Shown here: piece after piece, positions 11,055 through 23,339 of the stretch
How positions within the stretch are numbered: the first letter of the stretch is position 1
Layout of the letters: each line of letters begins with the position of its first letter
Source: Naegleria gruberi
Lineage: Eukaryota
Assembly: GCA_000004985.1 (NCBI GenBank)
Contig: GG738888.1
Direction: 5' to 3' (one strand)
Length of the DNA: 64,000 bases
Notes under the pieces: model-generated
What the model was told of the DNA's origin: nothing
Seen by the model: only the letters and a program-made list of their open reading frames with translations
Databases searched by the model: none
Program-made: the position numbers and the translations under genes

Positions 11055-14000
11055 ATGAGTAGAAATCGCAAATCCACCAACACTGAAATCATTGAAGATG
11101 AGTCCCAATATAAAATCAAAGTCAATGATGATGTTTGGTTACCACTTTCTTCAACAGCTTCAAATACAAGTGAACCTAATACACCAACAACACCATCCGT
11201 AGTAGATTCTGGTGCTGAAGCTTTCCAATTGGCACGTGTCGTTTCAATTGATGAATCAAAACAAACAGCAGTCTGTGAAAATTCACTTACAAAACAACAA
11301 GAAACTTTTAAATTGACTCAACTCTCACCATCAAATCCACTCAAATTAGATTATGCTTTGGATATGGCCAGTTTATCTCATTTGAATGAACCATCTGTAT
11401 TACACAACCTCAAATTGAGATATACTAGAGATGATATCTATACATATTCTGGCTTGTTCTTGTTGGCTGTAAATCCATATAAGAATTTGCCAATCTATAC
11501 AAATGAGGTGATTAAAAAACACTCTGGAAAGAGGAGAGAAGATGTTGATCCTCACATCTTTACCGTTGCTGATGTTTCCTATAGACAAATGTTGTTGAAT
11601 GAGAAGAATCAATCCATGTTGGTTACAGGTGAATCAGGTGCTGGTAAAACTGAATCAGGTATGTTATTTTCAATATTCAATCAGTTTTTTTTATATTAAT
11701 ATCTATTCTATTTGATTTAATTACTAATTGTATTTTTTTTACAATATTTTGTAATAATTTTTAACAAATTGTAAAATATTCAATAATACTACAGTCAAAA
11801 AGATTATTCAATATCTTGCAACTGTTGCTGGTGCAACAAGCCACGCTTCATCAGGAGGTGGTAACTTGGAGCAAAAACTCTTACAAACCAATCCATTGTT
11901 GGAAGCTTTTGGTAATGCTAAAACTATTAGAAACAACAATTCTTCTCGTTTTGGTAAATTCATTTCCATTGATTTTGGTCTTCAAGGATACATTGTTGGT
12001 ACTAAAATTACTCACTATCTCTTGGAAACCACTCGTGTTATTTCACAAGCTAGTAATGAACGTAACTTCCACTTTTTCTATCAAATTTTAGCCGATCCAG
12101 AATCATGTAAAAAGTACAAACTCACCTCTGGTGTTAATTCATTCCATTTTGTAAATCAATCAGGTTGTACTCACGTTCCTGGTATTGATGATAAGAAGGA
12201 ATTCCAAGATACACTCAATTCTATGCGTGTTATTGGTATTAATGAAGATGAAATTGATGCTTGTTGTAGAGTTATTGCTGCCATTCTTCATTTTGGTAAT
12301 ATTGAATTCAAGAATAATGAAGATGAATTGTCAACTTTGCCAGATCGTTCATGTTTGGAAGTTGCTGCTGAATTGGTTAAGGTCAATCCAGATGGTTTAG
12401 CTAAAGGTTTCATGAAACCAGATATTATTACTCCAACTGATCGTATTGAAACTCACGTTACTGCACTTCAAGCTTCTTACAATAGAAATGCTTTGGTTAA
12501 ATCAACTTACAATCGTTTGTTTGATTGGCTCGTTTCTCGTATCAATGAAAATTTGATTGCCAGAGAAAGTATCAAGAATTTCATTGGTTTGTTGGATATT
12601 GCTGGTTTTGAAATTTTCGAAAACAACAGTTTCGAACAATTGTGTATCAACTTTACTAACGAAAAATTGCAACAATTCTTCAATCATCACATGTTCAAGA
12701 AGGAACAAGAAGAATATTTGAAGGAAAAGATTGAATGGACATTTATTGATTTTGGTTTGGACTTGCAACCAACTATTGATTTGATTGAAAAGCCATTGGG
12801 TATCTTGTCAATTTTGGACCAACAAACTTTCATGGCTCAAAAGAATGAAGCTGGTCTCGTTCGTGAAATTACCAAGAATCATGGTACTAAACCAATTTTC
12901 GAAACTTCCAAGTTTAATGAATTGGAATTCACCTTGAAACACTATGCTGGTAAAGTTATCTATGACACCAATGATTGGTTCAAACGTAACGTTGATCCAT
13001 TGAATGATGATTGTAAGAAGGCAATGCTTCAATCCTCAATTCCATTCGTTAAGGCTCTTTACAATAGAGCTTCTGATCGTGAAGAATCTTCAAACTCTGG
13101 TAAGAAGCAACAAGGAGCTGGTACTCGTTTCAAGACTGTATCTGCTCAATACAAGCAACAATTGACTGAATTGATGGAATTACTCGGCTCTACTGAACCA
13201 CACTTTATTCGTTGTATCAAACCAAACAATTTACAAAAGCCAGGTATTGTTGAAGATAACAATGTTCTCCATCAATTGAGATGTAACGGTGTCTTGGAAG
13301 GTATCAGAATTTCAAGAAAGGGTTATCCAGGTAGAATCTTGTACAAGGACTTTGTCAGACGTTATGAATTATTAGTTGAAGATCGTACCAAATTACTCTC
13401 TGATAAGAATGCCACTGATAAGGAGAGAACCAAGGCAATTTTGGAATATATCGAATTCGAAGAAACCAAGCAATATAAACTTGGTCTCACTAAGGTCTTT
13501 TTGAAGTCCTCACAAGAAGCTGAATTGGAAAGCTTGAGAGAAGTTCAAATTTCAAAGATTATTGGTGTTGCTCAAGCTGCTGCTTTGGCTGGATATGAAA
13601 GAGCTTGTTACAAAAAGTTACAAAGAAGATTGTTGAGTATCAAGACCATTCAAAGAAACTTCAGAGGTTATACCAAGTTGCGTGAATGGGATTGGTGGAA
13701 GTTGTTGGCAATTGTCAAGCCACTCTTGAAGGAATTCGCTTCTGAGAAACAAACTGAAAAGTTGAAGCAAGATCTCGTTGATTTGCAAGAAGCTGTCAAG
13801 AGAGAACAAGAAGATAAGAAGAAGATTGAATTGGAAAGACAAAAGATGATTCAAGAACGTGATGTTGCCAAGGAAGCACTCAAAGCAGCTCACAATGAAT
13901 TCGAAAAGGTAACTGCTCAAGTCAGAAGTCTTGAACAAGCTGGATCTGAAAAAGATCAAAACATTCGTTCATTGAAGGATGATGGTGAATACAAACAAAG

Positions 14001-17000
14001 CACCATCAATGATTTGAACAAAACCATTCAAAATCTTGAAGAAGCTATCAAGGTTATGAATGAAAAGATTCACAATTTGGAACAAGAAGTCAGATCTAGA
14101 GATGTCCAATTGAAACAAAAGCAAACTGATATTCAAAATCGTGAAAATGACATTGAATTTTTGAGAAAGAAGCAAAAGGAATTGGAAGGAACTGTTTCTG
14201 AATTGGAAAACAAGTTGATCGTCGCTGGTAATGAAGTTTCAAGCAGAGATCAAAAGATCATGTTATTGGGCTGTGAATTGGAAGATGAAAGATCAAGACT
14301 CACCTCCGAAAATAAGACTAGATCTCTTAAGGAAGAAGATTTGAGAAAGTCTGAACAAGCCAACAAGAAACTCAGCCAAGATATTGAACAACTCCAAAAG
14401 GAAGTTGAAGATTTGACTTTGGATTTGAACAAGACCAAGGTTGAAAAGACCAATTTGATTGATGACACTGAAAGAAAGCAAAAGCAAATTGAAGAACTCA
14501 ATAGAAAGCTTGAAAGTGCTCAACAATCTGCTCGTGACTTGCAATACAAGTTGGATAATGAACAACAAAACTTGAAGAGTTCTGAAACTAAGGGTAAGAG
14601 CTTGTCTGGTGATTTGGAATCTGCCACTTTGAGAATTCAATCATTGACTGAAGAAATTCAAGGTTTGGAAGAAACTGTTGCCACTCAAAAGTCTCAAATC
14701 TCTCAACTTACATCCAAGATTGCTACCTTGGAAGAAGTTGAACTCAGATCTCGTGATGCCAAGATTAGAGAACTTGAAAACAACTTGCAAGAACAAAAGC
14801 AAAGATTTGAAAATGAACTCAACCTCAAGGTTACTGAATTGCTCAGATTGAAGCAAAAGACTGACCAAGAACGTGTTGAAGCTGAACAAGTTCAATCCAA
14901 GTTGACTCAAGAAAAGAAGGATCTCAATGAAAATGCCAAGAATCTTGAAAAGGAAATCAAGAAGCTCCAAAAGACTATTGATGCCACCAATCAAGAAAAG
15001 AATGACGTTTTGCAAAAGGCTCAAAAGTTAGATTCTGGACTCAACCAAGCCAGTGATGAAAAGGAACAACTCCAAAAGAAGGTTCAAGAACTCGAGAATA
15101 CCATCAGACAACTCACTCAAGACAAGAATCGTATTGAATTGGACTTGCAATCCACCAATGAAAAGTTGGGCATGACTTCATCAAAGCTTGAACAAGTCAC
15201 CAATGAATTGAACACTGAAAAGAGACGTGCTGAAAAGCTCGAAAGCGATGTTGAAGATTTGGAAAAGGACAAGAGCTCATTGAATGATCAATTGACTAAG
15301 GCCAGAACTGAACTCGAAAATGAAAAGTCATCCACCTTAAAGTTGAAGGGCGAACAACAAAAGTTGGCCAACGACATTGAAAATTCCAAGTTGGAAAAGG
15401 TCTCCTTGTCAAAGGATAAGGATGAACTCAACTTTGAATTGAACAGATTGAAGGAAAGATTAACTCAACTCGAAAAGGAGAAGGAAAATGAAGCTTCCGA
15501 AAAGTCTCAAGCTCAAAAGAAGGCTACTTCATTGGCTAAGGAAATTGAAAAGCTCCAACAACGTATTGGTGAATTGGAAAATTCAGTCAAGTCTGAACAA
15601 TCATCCAAGAGTGAAGTTGAAGGTGATGCCAAGAAGAAGGACTCAGCTCTCAAGGAAGCTAATGAAGAAATCTCTCATTTGAAGAGCAAGTTGACTGCTG
15701 TTCAACAAGAACACGAATTGGCTAAACGTCAAGTTGATGAAGAAGTCAGAAAGGCTGCTCAAATCAGAAATGAACTCAAGGACGTTCAACTCAAATCTAA
15801 GGATGCTTCTGCTGAAAGAGATGATTTGGAAGATGAAATTTCCAAGTTGACTTCTGAAATCAATGAATTGAACTTGAAGCTCCAAGATGCTGAAAGAAAG
15901 ACTTCTGACGAACAAAGAAATGCTCAACAACTCGAAGAAGAAATTGAAAGAATTCGTCAAAATGCCTCCAGATCCAGAGAAGAAGTTGAAAATGACAATA
16001 GACTCTTGAAGCAACAAATGACCTCTCTCACTCAACAAAGTGAAGGTTTTGGTCGTGAACTCAACGATCAAATTCTCAAGTTGAAGCAAGAAAACTTAAA
16101 GCTCAAGAAGGATTTGAAGAATGCCAAGAAGGAAACTCAACCAACTGATGCTGTCGATTCTCAATTAGTTGAAGGTTTGAAGAGAAAGTACGAAATTGAA
16201 GCATCCAACCTCAAATCACAAATTGAACAATTGAGTCTCTTGAAGCACAATTTGGATAACAAGAATATCACAATTGAACAAGAAAACTTGTTACTCAAGG
16301 CCAGACTCGAAACTGAAGAAAAGCTCAAGAATAAGTTCAAGTCTCAAAAGGAACATGCCGAAAGAGAAATTGATGAATTGAGAAGTATTGCTGAAGAAAC
16401 TGAAGATTTGAGAGATGAATTGATCAAGATGAGATCTGAATACCAATTAACCATTAGCAAGTTGCAATCTGAACTTTCTGATGAAAAGGAAAGATATAAC
16501 ACTTTGGATAAGGTTCTCTTACAAACTCGTAAGGATTTGGATCAAGTTAAACTCGATTTGGTTAGTGAACGTAAAAAGTTGGATCTTGGAAGTCTTTCTG
16601 CCAAGCAACATTACGAAATGGAAATGGCCAATCTCAATCAACTTATCCAAGAATTGAGAAAGGACAAGGTTGACTTGGTCAAGCAAGAAAAGAAGACTGC
16701 TCAAAAACTTGCCGATTTGAAACGTGATTTGCAAGAAGAAATTTCATCCAAGCAAGAATTTGAAAAGAGAGCTTCCAAAGCTGAACGTGAATCTCGTTTG
16801 TCCAACTTGAATTTACAAGAAAGTGAAACCAAGTATAGACGTGTTGAATCTGAAAAGAAGAGACTTGAATTGGAAGATACCATGAATCGTGATCAAATCA
16901 AACAACTTGAAAATGAAATTGATAGTTTGAGAACTCAATTGAGACAAGAAAAGATCAAGTCTTCTGCCAAGACTGAAAAGAAGAAGAGAAAGAATCAAGT

Positions 17001-17109
17001 CAAGAAGGTTCTTGCTGATTTGGAAGATGATTTGCAAAGTGGATTATTGAAGGAAGATGATGAAACTGTTGCTGCTGATTCATCTGCTCCAGTTGAAGCT
17101 GAAGAATAA
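11055..17109 (+). CDS. Myosin II heavy chain (conventional myosin: motor domain, IQ region, ~1100-aa coiled-coil tail); 2 exons (11055..11658, 11795..17109), 136-nt intron
   Basis: True ATG at 11055, since the track start at 10998 is GTG. Motor motifs are present: P-loop GESGAGKT, switch I NNNSSRFGKF, switch II LDIAGFE, and the SH helix region LRCNGVLEGIRI. A GTATGT donor at 11659 and tactacag acceptor at 11794 (phase 1) join the ORFs at 10998.. and 11866... A long heptad-repeat tail follows. Total 5919 nt = 1973 codons. Confidence 0.9.
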
Positions 17110-17200
17110 ATTATTTTAAAATTATATTTCACACATCTTGCAAACTCCATGATAACTTGCTTATTAGAAAAGAAGTTGTGATGTTTCCTTAATTCGTTTA

Positions 17201-18325
17201 TTAATTTTTCAAAATGAAATCTCTGAGACGATTTTGGCTAGATGAAAAGGATAAACAAGATACAAGGGATTCACAATTTTGTCTACGATCCCAAATGTAT
17301 GGACACAAGTCACGGAGAACATGGTCCTTATTACTATCGTGTGCAAATGATCTTACAAGTGAACATGCAGTGGAACAATCCATTGTTGCAATATTATTGG
17401 TTTTCTTCAATTGTTGCACGGCTTTTACCTTGTCAGATTCGAATCCAAACAATGAAATAACTCGGATGAGATCACTACCGGCCATTGGAGAAACTTGGGA
17501 TGTGGAATATGTTACAACAATCTTCATCTTGTCACTATCAAAACTCTTGCCTTGGCAAGCATTAATAATTGTATTAGCAAGTGAGCTAGTTGATGTTATT
17601 GACATTGGTTGGACATAAACTTGAGGTTGAACAAATGGCTGTGGTTGAGAGAATGGTTGTGGTTGACCAAAAGGTTGAGGTTGTCCAAATGGCTGTGGTT
17701 GACCAAAAGGTTGTGGTGGAGGATAATTCATTGGAGGAGGATTATAGACAGAGGTTGTGGTTGGTGGAATAATTGTACTTGGAGTTGTGAATGAAACATT
17801 AATACCAGAATTTCCAATAGAAATACCATATCCAGTATTCAGAGTTGGTTGTATTGATGGAGGAGTCATAAGACATCTAAAAACATCACCATTCGAAAGT
17901 GGAATATTTTTCATGTCAAATGTTTCAGATTTCACAGGATATGGATTTCCTTGAAATTGAACATAAATGGTATGCTTATTTGAAGAGACATCTTTGGCAA
18001 CATAAAACTCTGCATTTCTTCCATCTTGTTGATTTCTCATAATGAAATATCCAGCATGTGGACAAGAAGTGATTGACCAAGCTTTTCCAGAATTTTCAGT
18101 ATAAGTAGTATTGAGAGTTTGTTGATTCATCATTCCTGAGGCCATCATTCCTGAACTCAATCCATACACATTATAAACACTTGGTTGAGCAAAATTTGAA
18201 TTCGATGAAACTCTATAAAAGTTATCACCCATTCCATACAGAGTATTTCCATCAGGACTAGAAGTTAATCTCCAATGTAAATTTCCATCAAATGTAATAT
18301 GAATCACCCAATCACTCGGACCCAT
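17201..18325 (-). CDS. Hypothetical protein: N-terminal repeat/lectin-like domain, (PQPFGQ)n linker, conserved Cys-containing C-terminal domain
   Basis: Track ORF 17201..18349 on the minus strand. The first in-frame ATG gives MGPSDWVIHITFDG... at 18325. Tandem PQPFGQPQPFGQ repeats at 17600-17700 are coding. A 43-codon ATG uORF (18476..18345, WREGSGRIWHSTQNYNTFQW) resembles the N-terminal repeat but ends in TGA with no workable splice. Confidence 0.55.
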   Translation of the reverse strand: MGPSDWVIHITFDGNLHWRLTSSPDGNTLYGMGDNFYRVSSNSNFAQPSVYNVYGLSSGMMASGMMNQQTLNTTYTENSGKAWSITSCPHAGYFIMRNQQDGRNAEFYVAKDVSSNKHTIYVQFQGNPYPVKSETFDMKNIPLSNGDVFRCLMTPPSIQPTLNTGYGISIGNSGINVSFTTPSTIIPPTTTSVYNPPPMNYPPPQPFGQPQPFGQPQPFGQPQPFSQPQPFVQPQVYVQPMSITSTSSLANTIINACQGKSFDSDKMKIVVTYSTSQVSPMAGSDLIRVISLFGFESDKVKAVQQLKKTNNIATMDCSTACSLVRSFAHDSNKDHVLRDLCPYIWDRRQNCESLVSCLSFSSSQNRLRDFILKN

Positions 18326-18850
18326 CGGAGCAGATTTAGTTGATATCAATGTACCAGTCGCAATTCACCTGTTCCCTCTTGCACCCACTGAAAGGTATTG
18401 TAATTTTGTGTCGAGTGCCAAATTCTACCGCTTCCTTCTCTCCATGAACCGCCAATAATTGGTGTTACGTTGCCCATTTTTTCTTTTTCTTTTTAAATTG
18501 TGATGATCAAATGATTTGGAGGCTTTTTTTTAAAGTTTTAAAAGGTTACCTTGGAAGCAAAATTGAGGAGATTGATGTTACAAGTTTATGTTATCATGGT
18601 TTGGAGTTGTAATGAAGTGAAAAATGTTGAAAGTGGACTCGTAATTGATCAAGAGGTTGAGTTGTAGAGATGATGATCTGGAACAATTTTCATGGCAGCT
18701 AGATCATTATCTATTAAACAAATTTTTTGGTGGGAAAAAACTGTCAAATGTCGTGAGAGTGTGAAGAAAATATCACAAACAGCTAAATCTAATAACACAA
18801 TTCCAACAAATTATTTAAAAAAGTATTTATTCTAAACTAGCATCATCAAA

Positions 18851-19090
18851 TTATTGAGAAGCTTGATAGATCTTGAAACCCCACCAGATTGACCAGAACC
18901 AACCGATCAAGAAATAGGCCAAGATGAATTGGAGAATACCAACAATAATAGCTGGAGTCTTCTTTTCAGCTTCTTGAGTCAAAACACCGGCAATGACGGT
19001 ACCCCAACCTGGGAAGAAAATGTTCAAAATCAAAACGATCAAACCCATAGAGGATTCAACCTTTGGAGTGGAGTTGTTAATCATGTCCAT
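18851..19090 (-). CDS. Stum/SPEC3-family small membrane protein (79 aa)
   Basis: ATG at 19090. The sequence GWGTVIAGVLTQ....GILQFILAYFLIGWFWSIWWG matches the Stum/SPEC3 C-terminal signature (G.GT..AG...GILQ......GW.WSI.WG). Two predicted TM helices. Confidence 0.55.
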   Translation of the reverse strand: MDMINNSTPKVESSMGLIVLILNIFFPGWGTVIAGVLTQEAEKKTPAIIVGILQFILAYFLIGWFWSIWWGFKIYQASQ

Positions 19091-19704
19091 CTTGTTGTAT
19101 GAAGTAGTTGTGTTGTTTGTTTTTTTTTAACGCAAAAATTTCTCTTCAACTCGCCGCGTTTTTATGAGCCAATGAAGGTCAAAGAAGTTGAAAAGTTGGC
19201 AAGAGTTCAACTGGATGATAAATGGCGGGAAAAAATCACGCAACTCAAAAATGAACGGCAACAGAAAAAATTCCATCTGTGGCATTTGGCTGATGACAGG
19301 ACTGTTTTTGATTACACAGAAAAGGACAGTAGATTTTTCAAATCTCTTTCATAGATGATTTTTTTGTACTGTAGATGGTGTTTGGGTGATATTGTAATGA
19401 ATTACGGTTATTGGAAAGGTTGGTAGAAAGTGGAAGAAAGGTAAGTTACATTATCTCATTGTTGTGTAGAGCTTCTCAAAGGTCTGTATGAATGCGAAAT
19501 GTGATGTTATCTAGTATGGAATCGGAAGAGGTCACCACTTGTGTTGAACATGGTTACAAAGTTCGTTGTAAAAAACATGGAACCTCTACAGTAAAATTAT
19601 TGATCACTGTGTTAATTGGATTCTAATTGTAACACAACTACAATAAACTTGTGTTCCATTCCTTGAATACGTTAGTTAATTAGAAACCGTTTAGTTTCGA
19701 ACAA

Positions 19705-22128
19705 CTACAGTGTATCAACAACATCCCTCTTTCTATTTTGTGCAAAGAACAAATTCCTATGGAGTGTAACTTCATTTCGTTCAACAATGAAACTCTTCTT
19801 GACCACCAACAAGGAATTCGATTGAGAGATAATTTCTTCTACTGAACATTTGCTTGGTTTGATCACAAACTCTTCGAGTGCTAGTGATTTCTTCGTGGTT
19901 CCTCTTGTTACTTGCTTGTAAAGAGGGGTGTGAATATTTGGATAGTTTTCTTTGAATTCATTGAGTAGGTCGAGTGCTGTCTTTCCTCTGGAATTTTTCA
20001 CAATGTCAAATTTCAATCCTCTTGCAATTAAAATGCTCATAACGTCCTCTAGAGCATAATGTGTTTTGCTCAAGATTTGTTGAGTGCATAATCGAATGAG
20101 AAAATGTGAAATGTCGTCTCCCTCCTCTCCACCATACCATTGAAATCCTCCTGTTATTCTTGGAATATTTGAACTTTCTAATTTGAAATGAATTGAATTA
20201 TCCTTATTAAGAATAGTAATGTGAATAAGCTTGGGATGATTTTCGGTTGAGTAATCAAATCCAATTACGTTAGCATCTGATTTTAAATGTCTTTCGTCTT
20301 TTGATTTTAGTAAGAAATACATTATTCTGTTGAAACCTAAATTATCAAAGTAACCAGAAATGTTGATCGTAGGAGATTCGTTCCATTCAGCAATAGAGGA
20401 TAATAAATCTCTGTATAAATTAGTGCAGGAGTGAAGAAGAAAGGTACCATTATGATCTGGTGTCAGTAATATTTCTTCAGCTGATAAATTTGGAAGTACA
20501 TTTTGTATGTCCAAATAATCAAACTTTGTAAAATAATGAATTAAATGCTTTCCATTTCGATCTCTGTAATCAATGTCTTGGTAAATTGAATAATCAATTG
20601 TTGGATTAATTACTCCGGCTACTGCATAAAGAATAGCCAAATCAACTTCAAATCCATCCAATAATTTAAATGATCGAATACCATTAATTAATTTCTCTAT
20701 AGATTTAAAATGAAATATTTTAGTGAGTGGCTGGAATTTGAAATGATTCCATTCATTGGCAACAGCTATTTCTACTGGAGTTAATCCAAAATTATTTTCT
20801 TCTTGTTCCAATTTATACAAAATATCATTGGGAATGTTTTTGGAAAATTGAGTGTCAGAATAAGTAAAATAATTAGAGCTGTTTCTATTATTTGTAAAAA
20901 AGTAGTGTAAAAAGTTGTTTCCATAAATATCCTTCATCATTATTTGTTGTAAAGTCATTGGTTTATCTTGGTTCTTTTGCATTAAAGGTGTCACACCAAA
21001 TACATCAGGGTTATCCAACGTGTCAAAACAAGAGGTTAAACCCAAATACGAAAAGCAATACTTTCCAATTTTGCTAAATCTGTTGACGAGTTCAGATTCA
21101 CTTATTTCATCAGTGGGAAATAGTATACATCTTTTTACATCAAATTTAATAAATGGATATTTGTCAAGAATTTTCAATTGTTCCAACACTATCCCCTTAA
21201 CAATAAAAATTTTAAATTCTGGATATTTCAAATAAATTAGACATAAAATATCCAAAATGTTGTTACTCAGTCCTCCGGAAAATATAGATAATACTATATT
21301 CCAATAATGTTCAAAATATCCAATATCAATATCAATATTGTTAATGATGAATTTACAAGTATCAATTCTCTGAAAATATATTGAATAGGCAAGGATTATT
21401 TCTACATGAAATGGTCTCTTTCCCATTAATTTTGAAGCTTTTTTCAAGTATTCAATTTCTTCCATTTCTGTAGGAAAATTAGCACCAATACTTCTTGGAG
21501 CAAGTCCTCCAGATTCCATGAATAAATTTTGTTCATAAATACATGAGATGGTGCTTTGAACTAATGGATAATTCGAAACTAAATATTTCACATTTTTAAA
21601 TATCTTTTTTAATGGAATATTTCCTCCTCTCTTAGTCCAATAATTCTTTCCAAATGGAGCAAAACAGCTCACATACACCACTCTATCAAAAACATTTTCA
21701 TATCTTGTCTTGATTCTTTCCAATACTTTGTGTACATAATTATTATCTTGCAAACACTCCTCCGTATACAGGTTTTGGACACTCCTAATCAATGTAAGAG
21801 ATTCAAAATACGATCTATCAATTGGATATCTTGCCCAATTCTTCTTGTCTCCATTAATCATTTGTAGTTTAATTTCCATCGGTTGAAACGACACAAAGGC
21901 TTCATAAAAAGATTTACAAGTAATACACAGTGGTTCCCAAGAGTTGTATTCCGATAATCCATCATCCGAATACTCCAAATCCATCACCTCATTAAAATCA
22001 TCAATTTCCCATCCACGAACATTTGTAAAATCCAACACTGCTAATTTTCGAAGTCGGAAAATATCACGAAAATAATCCAAGTAACTGAAAATGTGATGAA
22101 GGTTTTCGGGTGGAAGTTTGTTAATCAT
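19705..22128 (-). CDS. F-box / ankyrin-repeat-like protein
   Basis: The track ORF starts at a TTG. The first ATG (22128) gives MINKLPPENLHHIFSYLDYF, an F-box consensus (LPxEILxxIFSYL). Downstream segments (GVTPLMQ, GNNFLHYFF, GLTPVEIAV) look like ankyrin repeats. About 807 aa, single exon. Confidence 0.65.
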   Translation of the reverse strand: MINKLPPENLHHIFSYLDYFRDIFRLRKLAVLDFTNVRGWEIDDFNEVMDLEYSDDGLSEYNSWEPLCITCKSFYEAFVSFQPMEIKLQMINGDKKNWARYPIDRSYFESLTLIRSVQNLYTEECLQDNNYVHKVLERIKTRYENVFDRVVYVSCFAPFGKNYWTKRGGNIPLKKIFKNVKYLVSNYPLVQSTISCIYEQNLFMESGGLAPRSIGANFPTEMEEIEYLKKASKLMGKRPFHVEIILAYSIYFQRIDTCKFIINNIDIDIGYFEHYWNIVLSIFSGGLSNNILDILCLIYLKYPEFKIFIVKGIVLEQLKILDKYPFIKFDVKRCILFPTDEISESELVNRFSKIGKYCFSYLGLTSCFDTLDNPDVFGVTPLMQKNQDKPMTLQQIMMKDIYGNNFLHYFFTNNRNSSNYFTYSDTQFSKNIPNDILYKLEQEENNFGLTPVEIAVANEWNHFKFQPLTKIFHFKSIEKLINGIRSFKLLDGFEVDLAILYAVAGVINPTIDYSIYQDIDYRDRNGKHLIHYFTKFDYLDIQNVLPNLSAEEILLTPDHNGTFLLHSCTNLYRDLLSSIAEWNESPTINISGYFDNLGFNRIMYFLLKSKDERHLKSDANVIGFDYSTENHPKLIHITILNKDNSIHFKLESSNIPRITGGFQWYGGEEGDDISHFLIRLCTQQILSKTHYALEDVMSILIARGLKFDIVKNSRGKTALDLLNEFKENYPNIHTPLYKQVTRGTTKKSLALEEFVIKPSKCSVEEIISQSNSLLVVKKSFIVERNEVTLHRNLFFAQNRKRDVVDTL

Positions 22129-23339
22129 TTTTTTTTGTAATTCGTCTTTAAAAAAATACAACAACTGTTTGAGGGAAACAGTTAGCGTCTTTGGCTAGAG
22201 GCCAGGTGCTAGCAGCACAGAGGTTGATCAACTACCAAAACTTGAGCATCGGGTTTAGAAGTCAGAGCAAATCGCGTACTCATATTAGCATGGAGGGTAA
22301 TATAGTACAACTACCTTACGGTTCAAAGGTTTAAAGTAGATTTGGGTTGATCAATATGGGCAAAAATAAAATAGCTAAGGTAATAGGAGAAGTGGAGAGT
22401 AATGATTTAATTATGAAAAGAATTTGAATGTATTGTAAAACGAAAACACATTGGTTCGTTGATATTGGTGAAGAATTAATTATTAGCATAAGACTTCCTG
22501 GTTAACTCTTATAACATCTTTATTAAGTGTATTCCTATTTATGGATAATCAAAAGGTTTAGTTTCGTTCCAAATCAAGCTTGAAGGCTAGGCGATAACTC
22601 CAATGTCTCTACAAAAGTCCCCTTCATTTTAAATAATGATGTATCTGTGAAAGAAGCGCTGCTTCCTGCGAACTGTTTACAATTGGAGATCATTGACTTC
22701 ACGTCTTTGAAGCAGGAATCTGAATAGATTCGTATTGTAAACGTAATAAAACATTACCAGATTTTTTTTTGTAATTTTTAAAGCTGCATTATTTAAAGTT
22801 TCAATGTTATTAAAGAATTCGAAACTTAGTGTCAAGATTGAATTCTTTTATTAAGGGATTAACATCACTTGTTGAGTGGTGATTTCCATGATTGAGAAGA
22901 TGGAAAGTGTAACTTTAGTTTTTCAGCATTTGTCTGAACAAAAGTTTTTACAAAAGAGAGTTCTTCCCATTATTGACCAAGAGGTCTACACTTTTGGAAA
23001 TGAGTAAAGAATAGAATAGCAGAGACGAAACCGTCATTGTCATACATTGGAACAACTGGTAAAAGAGTCAAACTTCTCTTTGTCATTGTTGGATGATTTA
23101 GTAAATTGATAGGATATTTGTTGAGCTTGTGTTTCTGTGAGTGGAATCTCAACAGGTCTTTGACTATATCTAAATCAAACGATCACCAATTAAACCTCCA
23201 GAATGATCAAAAGCTCCAGAACATGCAAAGGAAGGATCACGAGTTGCAGTTTCAATTTGATTGCACAACAGAAACAATCAAGACTATTAGCAAACTGATG
23301 GTCTATTACAATGAGTTTACTATTTTACAATTAATTTAC

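Noticed and set aside
12502-17037. Many minus-strand ORFs (74-148 aa) antisense to the myosin gene
   Set aside because: Antisense frames of the coiled-coil tail are open because of codon periodicity. Their Leu/Phe/Ser-rich translations are not genes.
19172-19354. 60-aa + ORF between the Stum-like and F-box genes
   Set aside because: Short, no motif, sits in an AT-rich spacer, so likely random.
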